From positions 1 through 41,370 of the forward strand of contig NIVC01004584.1 in NCBI GenBank assembly GCA_002269645.1: a stretch of DNA of 41,370 nucleotides, given 5' to 3'. The DNA is from Macrostomum lignano (taxonomy: Eukaryota). The notes beneath the pieces were generated by a model. It did no database searches. It worked only from the letters and a program-made list of their open reading frames with translations, and was not told where the DNA came from. The translations under genes were made by a program, and so were the position numbers. Position 1 is the first letter of the stretch, and each line of letters starts with the position of its first letter. This document shows positions 33,475 through 41,370 of this stretch, one piece after another.

Positions 33475-34705
33475 CGAGGCCAACTCCTCCTTCGGAGAAG
33501 AAAGGGGAAGAACTCCAATCAGCGGAATTCCATTCCCTGAACTCCATCAGCGGAATCCCATTTTCCAACACCTCTCCGCGCAACAGAAATCGTCTCGGTG
33601 AAACTGAAAACTATCGAAATCCTCTCCGTGAAACTGAACACCATCGAAATATTCTCCGCGAAATAGAAATCCTCTCCGTGAAACTGGACTAAATCGAAAT
33701 TTTTACGTCAAACAGCCCGGCTCTCTGAATTCATTGGTTAGGGTTAGGGTTAGGGTTAGAGCTACACACAGCTGCGTGTTGAAAGGCGCAGTAAAAACAT
33801 TGAACCAATTAAATTGCGCAACTTATTTCTCAGGCAGTCAGTATCAGCCTCAGTTAAAGTTAACAAAAAGATTGCGCAATCTAAATCAACCCTCAAATAC
33901 ACAGCAACCGACCCCCCTTCCAATACGCAGTGCAGCTAGAAATTGAACTCCCCCCCACCAACTATTGGGGGGTCGGTCGAACCCCCATTGAACTCCAAAA
34001 TGAGCACAATCTTTGCAGAAAGCTAAAAGTATGAAAATCTTTTCTTGAATGCTGTGAATTTAATTTTCATATTTAAAGCAAAAAACTTATATCCCCGAAC
34101 TCATCGCAGCAAGATCTTTCCAGCAATATAAGTCTCTCCTCTCTAAGTTCAAAACTCGAGCAACAGTTAGTGTTTGAAACTTTTGATTTTAAGCATTGAA
34201 ATATCGAGTGTACGTTCACTGCCTGCTAAAGATGCTCGCAAGTTTATGCATTAAAATGCACTGAATTTCACTGTGCAAAAAATACACAGGGCTTCCTGTT
34301 AAAAAACAGAACACAAATAGTTGCGCAATTGTCTATAAAGTCAGCCAGTGAGCCAGGGTCCAATTGTACACACGCCGCCAATGAGAACGCGCCCATTCCC
34401 CCACAGGAGAGAAAATGCACTGGCGACATAGGAAAAAGTTGTGGCGTAATCACTCAAAATTTATGCAAATTTTCAGCTCCGAGCAGAAAAAGTGTCCAGA
34501 GAAGGTTAGGAAATCAGATTTCTGCTTTTTTAGGGATCTTAAAATTAAAAAATGAAAGATTAAAACAGCCTAAAGCCGATTCCGGAAAATTTGCAGTATT
34601 CCCATATAAGTTTCAACGCTGAGTTGCACGTAGTCTAGGAGGAGATATCCTACAAACAAACAGACAAACAAACAAACAAACAACGCACCAACTTTAGTAT
34701 TAAGA
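33475..34705 (-). mobile_element. Non-autonomous Helitron unit 14 (short alpha type)
   Basis: GGCCTCG end, TC head at 34705, (CAAA)n microsatellite; followed by a 44-bp orphan head at 34706-34749. Confidence 0.8.
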
Positions 34706-34749
34706 TGACATACATACAGACAAACAACGCACCACTTTTAGTATTAAGA

Positions 34750-37522
34750 CGAGTGGAACTCCTCCTTCGGAGGAGAAAGGGGAAGAACTCCCATCACCGG
34801 AATTCTATTCCCTGAAATATCCATCAACTGAAATTCCATGTCTTTAACCCTATCTTCCAAATCGTCTCCAAATTCTTTACAAAATCTTTCAAAGACCATA
34901 GCTCAAAGACTCTTACGTCTCTCATATCTACTCTCTCCTCTCTTCGCTATTATCGTGACTCGCTTCTCTCTCCTCTCTCTCATCTCATCTCTACCCCTAC
35001 TCTCTTATTTATCTCTACTCCCTTATTTATCTCTTCTCCCTCGTCTTTCGTCTGTACCCTATCCTGTCTACTCTCCTATCTTCTATCTTATCTCTCCCCT
35101 TTTCTCTCCTCTCTCATATCTAATCTCTAATCACTTATCTATCGTCTCCGCTCTACTTTCTCTCTTCTTTTTTCTCTCTTCTCTCTGCTCTCATTTCTCG
35201 TATCTCTTATACGCTCTCACCCTCTCCTTTCTTATCTCCCATCTTTCTTCCCTCCTTTCTACTGCATCACCTGTCTCCTCTCTTCTCTTTTCTCTCCTCT
35301 CCATTCTCTCTTCTCTACTCTCATCTCCCCTCATCTCTTCTCTAATCTCTAATCTCTTCTCTCTCTTATTTTCTCACTCATCTCTTTTCTCATTGCATCT
35401 CTCATCTCTCCTCTCTCTCTCTCCTCTCATCTGTACTATCTTTTTTATCTCTTCTCCCAGGTCTTTCAAATTTACTCTCTCCTGTCTCCTCTCTCCCCTC
35501 GTCTTTCCTCTCTCATATCTCTTCTCTACTCACTTATATATTCTCTCTCCTCTGCTCCCCTTTTACACTTTCCTATATGCTCTCACTCTCACCCTCCCCT
35601 TTCTTATCTGCTGTTTTTACACTCCTTTCTACCACCTGTCTCCTCTCGTTTCTCTCCTCTCTGCACTCTCATCTTTACCCTCTTCTTTCTCCTCACTACT
35701 TTCTTCTCTTAAATCTCTGATCTCTGATCTTTCATCTCTCTCCTCTCACCTCTCACCTCTCTCCTCTCTTTCCTCTCTTCTATTGCCTCTGTACGCTCTT
35801 GTCCCTCCTTTCTTCTCCATCCTGTCTCCTCTCTGCAATCTCATATCTCCTCTCTCATATCCTCTCCCTTCATCTCCTCTCTCCTCTTCTCTTCTCTCTC
35901 CTTCGTTCCCGCCTTACTTTCCTCTTCTCTCCCATCTGTCATGTCTAATCTCTCCACTCATTTCTACTCTGTTTTCTATCATCTCATCTCTCTTCTCTTT
36001 TCATTCTTCTCTTTACTCTCTTCTCTGACTGATTGAAGATGCCAAATCCATCAAGATCCTCTCCGCGAAGCAGAAATCCTGTCCGTGCAACTGAAAACCA
36101 TCGAAATCCTCTCCGTGAAACTGGACTCCTTCGAAATCCTCTCCTTGAAACTTAAATCCATCAAAATCGTCTCCATAAAACAGAAATCAATCATAAATTA
36201 TCTCCGCGAAACAGAAATCCTCTCCGTGAAGCTGAACATCATCGAAATCCTCTCCGTGAAACTGAACACCTTCGAAATCCTCTCCGTGAAACTGAACACC
36301 TTCGAAATCCTCTCCTTGAAACTTAAATCTATCAAAATCGTCTCCATAAAGCAGAAATCAATCATAAATTTAACTCCGCGAAACAGAAATCCTCTCCGTG
36401 AAGCTGAACATCATCAAAATCCTCTCCGTGAAACTGAGCACCATCGAAATCCTCTCCACGAAACAGAAATCCTCTTTGTCAAAATTAAAACATTGAAATC
36501 GTCTCCGCTAAACTGGACTCAATCAATTTTTTCCGTCAAACAACTCAACTCTCCGGATTCATTGGTTAGGGTTAGGGTTAGGGTTAGAACTACGCACAGC
36601 TTCGTGTTAAAAGGCACTGATAAACTATTGAACTAATTGAATCAATTCATTGCGCAACCGATTTCACAGTCAGTCAGTATCAGTCTCAGTTAAAGTTAAC
36701 AAAAACATTGCGCAATCTAAATCAACCCTCCAATACAAAGCAACTGACCCCTTCCTATACACAGCGCCAGTTGGAAGTCGAAACCCCCAACTTTATCTCT
36801 CACCTCTCGCCAAAATGAGTACAATCTTTGCAGAAAGTTTAAAGTATGGAAATAGTTTTTGCAATGCAGAGCTTTTAGTTTTCATATTTGAAGCAAACAA
36901 TTTATATCCCTGAAATCAGCTTTGCAAGTTCTTTCCAGCAATATAAATTTTTTCTCTCAAAGTTAAAAACTCGAGCAACAGTTTGCGTTTGAAACTTTCT
37001 GATTTAAAGCATTGAAATATCGATTGTACGTTCACTGCCTGCTAAAGAGGCCCGCAAGTTTATGCATTGAATTTCAACGTTCAACAAAATCACAGGGCTG
37101 CCTATTGAAAATTAGAACACAAATCTTTGCGCAATTGTCTATACAGTCAGCCAGTGAGCCAGGGTCCGATTGTACACAGGCAGCCATTTAGAACGCCCCA
37201 TCCCCCCACTGGAGAGAAAATACACTGCAGAGATAGGGAAAAGTTGTGGCGCAATCACTTGAAATTCATGCAAATTTTCAGCTCCAAGCAGAAAGAGGGG
37301 ACAATTAAGATTATCAAAGGTCAAGACCGCCGTTTTCTGCTTTTTTGAGGATTTTAGAAATTAAAATTTCAGAATTAAAATAGCCTATAGCCGACCTCGG
37401 ATAATTTCCAATCTTCCCATATAAGTTTCAACGCTGAGTTGCCACTATTCAAGGAGGAGTTGTCGAAATGACAGACAGACACACAGACAGACAGACAAAC
37501 AACGCGTCAACTTTAGTATATA
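34750..37522 (-). mobile_element. Non-autonomous Helitron unit 15 (beta type)
   Basis: Near-identical to unit 6 at an offset of 26470. Confidence 0.8.
34905..36030. repeat. CT-rich low-complexity tract
   Basis: Read directly from the sequence. Confidence 0.9.
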
Positions 37523-37684
37523 CGAGGAACTCCTCCTTCGGAGGAGAAAGGGGAAGAACTCCCATCACCGGAATTCTATTCCCTGAAATATCCATCAACT
37601 GAAATTCCATGTCTTTAACCCTATCTTCCAAATCGTCTCCAAATTCTTTACAAAATCTTTCAAAGACCATAGCTCAAAGACTCT

Positions 37685-38395
37685 CAAGTCTCTCATATCT
37701 CCTCTCTCCTCTCTCTCATCTCATCTCTACCCCTGCTCCCTTATTTATCTCTTCTCCCTCGTCTTTCGTCTGTACCTTCTCCTGTCTTCTGTCTCCTCTC
37801 TTCACTCTTATCTCTCCCTCTTCTCTCCTCTCTCATATGTCATCTCTACTCACTTATCTATCGTCTCTCTTAACCCTCTCTCTCTCTTCTCTTTTCTCTT
37901 CTCTCTGCTCTCATTTCTCATATTTCATATACGCTCTGACACTACTTTCTTGTCTCCCATCTTTCTTCCTCCTTTTCACTATCCCCTGTCTCTTCTCTTC
38001 TCTCTTTTCTATTCTCTCCATTCTCTCTTTTCTCCTTTCCTTGCTCCTTTCATCTCTCTCCTCTCTCCTCACTCTCTTCTCCTTTCGCTTCTCTCTCCTC
38101 TCTCTCCTCTCATCTTTACTACCTTATTTATATCTTCTCCCTAGTCTTTCGTCTGTACTCTCTCCTGTCTCCTCTCTCCCCTGCTCTCTCATCCCTCATC
38201 TCCTCATCTCACTCTTTCTTTCTCCTCTACTCTCCCCTCTCTTCTATTGCCTCTGTACGCTCTTATCCCTCATCTATTCTCTCTCCTATCATCTCCAATC
38301 TGTCATGTCTAATCTCTCCACTCAATTATACTCTGTTTTCTATCATCTCTTCTCTCTTCTCTTTTCAGTCTTCTCTTTACTCTCTTCTCTGACTG
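37685..38395. repeat. CT-rich low-complexity tract
   Basis: Read directly from the sequence. Confidence 0.9.
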
Positions 38396-38782
38396 ATTGA
38401 AGATGCCAAATCCATCAAGATCCTCTCCGCGAAGCAAAAATCCTGTCTGTGCAACTAAAAACCATCGAAATCCTCTCAGTGAAACTGGACTCCTTCGAAA
38501 TCCTCTCCTTGAAACTTAAATCCATCAAAATTGTTTCATAAAACAGAAATCAATCATAAATTATCTCCGCGAAACAGAAAGCCTCTCCGTGAAGCTGAAC
38601 ATGATCGAAATCCTCTCCGTGAAACTGAACACCATGGAAATCCTTTCGTGAAACTGAACATCATCGAAATCCTCTCCACGAAACAGAAATCTTCTCCGTC
38701 AGAATTTAAACATTGAAATCGTCTCCGCTAAACTTGACTTAATCGAATTTTTTCCGTCAAACAACTTAACTCGCCAGATTCA

Positions 38783-38812
38783 TTAGGGTTAGGGTTAGGG
38801 TTAGGGTTAGGG
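38783..38812 (+). repeat. Interstitial telomere-like (TTAGGG)5, the longest perfect tract of 16
   Basis: Other tracts start at about 1092, 2314, 3289, 5218, 6886, 10096, 12463, 14815, 17631, 30084, 31319, 32544, 33738, 36566 and 39977. All have the G-strand on plus and the same position within the unit. Confidence 0.95.
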
Positions 38813-39713
38813 TTAGAACTACGCACAGCTTCGTGTTAAAAGGCACAGATAAAAATATTGAACTAATTGAATCAATTCATTGCGCAACCGATTTCACAGT
38901 CAGTCAGTATCAGCCTCAGGTAAAGTTAACAAAAACATTGCGCAATCTAAATCAACCCTCCAATACACAGCAGCAGTGAGAAGTTGAACCCTCCCCCCAA
39001 CAATCTTTGCAGATTAAAGTACAATCTTTGCAGAAAGTTAAAAGTATGGAAATAGTTTTTCAAATGCTGTGCTTTTTCTTTTCATATTTAAAGCAAACAA
39101 CTTATATCCCCGAACTCAGCGTTGCAAGATCTTGCCAGCAATATAAGTTCTCCTCTCAAAGTTAAAAATCGAGCAACAGTTAGCATTTGAAATTTTCTGA
39201 TTTAAGCATTGAAATATCGAGTGTACGTTCACTGCCTGCAGCAGTGGAGGCTCGCAAGTTTATTCATTGAATTTCACTGTCCAAAACTACACAGGGCAGC
39301 CTATTGAAAATCAGAACACATATCGTTGCGCAATTGTCTATACAATCAGCCAGTGAGCTAGGGTCCGATTGTACACACGCAGCCACTGAGAACGCGACCA
39401 TCCCCCACTGGAGAGAAAATACACTGCAGAGATAGGAGAAAGTTATGGCGCAATCGCTCAAAATTCATGCAAATTTTCAGCTCCAAGCAGAAAGAGGGTA
39501 CAATTAAGATTATCAAAGGTCAAAACCGCCGTTTTCTGCTTTTTTAGGGATCTTAAAATGTAAAAATGAAAGATTAAAATAGCCTAAAGCCATCCTCGGA
39601 AAATTTGCAGTTTTCCAATATAAGTTTCAACGCTGAGTTGCAAGTATTCTAGGAGGAGTTATGCAACAGACAAACAAACACACAAACATCGCACCAACTT
39701 TAGTATATATAGA

Positions 39714-40956
39714 CGAGGCCAACTCCTCCTTCGGAGAAGAAAGGGGAAGAACTCCAATCAGCGGAATTCCATTCCCTGAACTCCATCAGCGGAATCCCAT
39801 TTTCCAACACCTCTCCGCGCAACAGAAATCGTCTCCGTGAAACTGAACACTATCGAAATCCTCTCCGTGAAACTGAACACCATCGAAATATTCTCCGCGA
39901 AATAGAAATCCTCTCCGTGAAACTGGACTAAATCGAAATTTCTCCGTCAAACAGCCCAGCTCTCAGAATTCATTGGTTAGGGTTAGGGTTAGGGTTAGAG
40001 CTACACACAGCTGCGTGTTGAAAGGCGCCGTAAAAACATTGAACCAATTAAATTGCGCAACTTATTTCTCAGGCAGTCAGTATCAGCGTCGGTTAAAGTT
40101 AACAAAAAGATTGCGCAATCTAAATCAGCCCTCCAATACACAGCAACCGACCCCCTTCCAATACGCAGTGCAGCTAGAAATTGAACCCCCCCTACTAACT
40201 ATTGGGGGGGGGGGGGTCGGTCGAACCCCCATTGAACTCCAAAATGAGCAAAATCTTTGCAGAAAGCTAAAAGTATGAAAATCTTTTCTTGAATGCTGTG
40301 AATTTAATTTTCATATTTAAAGCAAAAAACTTATATCCCCGAACTCATCGCAGCAAGATCTTTCCAGCAATATAAGTCTATCCTCTCTAAGTTCAAAACT
40401 CGAGCAACAGTTAGTGTTTGAAACTTTCTGATTTTAAGCATTGAAATATCGAGTGTACGTTCACTGCCTGCTAAAGATGCTCGCAAGTTTATGCATTAAA
40501 ATGCACTGAATTTCACTGTGCAAAAAATACACAGGGCTTCCTGTTAAAAAACAGAACACAAATAGTTGCGCAATTGTCTATAAAGTCAGCCAGTGAGCCA
40601 GGGTCCAATTGTACACACGCCGCCAATGAGAACGCGCCCATTCCCCCACAGGAGAGAAAATGCACTGGCGACATAGGAAAAAGTTGTGGCGTAATCACTC
40701 AAAATTCATGCAAATTTTCAGCTCCGAGCAGAAAGAGGGTACAATTAAGATTATCAAAGGTCAGAATTGCCGTTTTCTGCTTTTTTAGGGATCTTAAAAT
40801 GTAAAAATAAAAGATTAAAATAGCCTAAAGCCATCCTCGGAAAATTTGCAGTTTTCCCACATAAGTTTCAACGCTGACTTGCAAGTATTCTAGGAGGAGT
40901 TATCCAACAAACACACACACACACGGACAAACAACGCACCAACTTTAGTATTAAGA
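39714..40956 (-). mobile_element. Non-autonomous Helitron unit 17 (short alpha type)
   Basis: Closely resembles unit 2; TTAGGG x3 at 39977-39994. Confidence 0.8.
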
Positions 40957-41370
40957 CGAGTGGAACTCCTCCTCCGGAGAGAAAGGGGAAAAACTCCCAT
41001 CACCGGAATTCCATTCCCTGAATTATCCATCAACTGAAATTCCATGTCTTGAATCCCATCTTCCAAATCGTCTCCAAATTCTTTACAAAACCTTTGAAAG
41101 ACCATAGCTCAAAGATTCTTACGTCTCTCATATCTACTCTCTCCTCTCTTCGCTATTATCGTGACTCGCTTCTCTCTCCTCTCTCTCATCTCATCTCTAC
41201 CCCTACTCTCTTATTTATCTCTTCTCCCTCGTCTTTCGTCTGTACCTCTCCTGTCTCTTGTCTCCTCTCTTCTCTCATATTCTCCTTTTCTCTTCTATCT
41301 CCTTCGTTCCGCCTTACTTCCCCTCTTCTCTCCCATCTGTATGTCTAATCTGCTCGCACTTATTTCTACT
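40957..41370 (-). mobile_element. Non-autonomous Helitron unit 18 (partial, 3' part, beta type)
   Basis: CCACTCG end and start of a CT tract; runs off the window. Confidence 0.72.

Larger units (their letters stand above)
37523..39713 (-). mobile_element. Non-autonomous Helitron unit 16 (beta-like end)
   Basis: End TTCCTCG (2-bp deletion), CT tract, (TTAGGG)5 at 38783-38812, head TCTATATATACTAAAG. Confidence 0.8.

Noticed and set aside
38783-38812. A true chromosome telomere
   Set aside because: Tracts are only 2-6 repeats long and are internal to each unit.
1-41370. LTR retrotransposon or TIR DNA transposon interpretation of the units
   Set aside because: No gag/pol, PBS or TG...CA ends; no terminal inverted repeats or target-site duplications. 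The TC head and 3' hairpin are co-oriented with RepHel.

Overview
Eukaryotic (probably metazoan; TTAGGG repeats, spliceosomal introns) repeat locus. The whole window is one polar head-to-tail tandem array of 19 Helitron-family units on the minus strand (17 complete, 2 cut by the window edges). 18 units are non-autonomous (complete ones 0.9-2.8 kb); one (about 19064-29850, 10.8 kb) is the autonomous parent with the same termini. The parent encodes a 9-exon RepHel transposase (STPR-like repeats, zinc finger, HUH/Y2 Rep, PIF1 helicase; about 1576 aa once two single-base frameshifts are corrected; one GC-AG intron). It also carries a 157-aa coiled-coil cargo gene and an inverted decayed copy of that gene. 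Read on the minus strand, units start with T (usually TC) plus a Lep1-like ATACTAAA/microsatellite head, and most end with a 7-bp hairpin plus a non-canonical CTCG. Every complete non-autonomous unit carries a short (TTAGGG)2-5 tract that the parent lacks. Units are mosaics of 30-bp minisatellite, CT-rich tracts and a ~450-bp module rich in TTGCGCAA palindromes. Most ORFs in the supplied track outside 19.7-28.5 kb are repeat artefacts. All alignments, splice sites and counts were done by eye; no database search was run.
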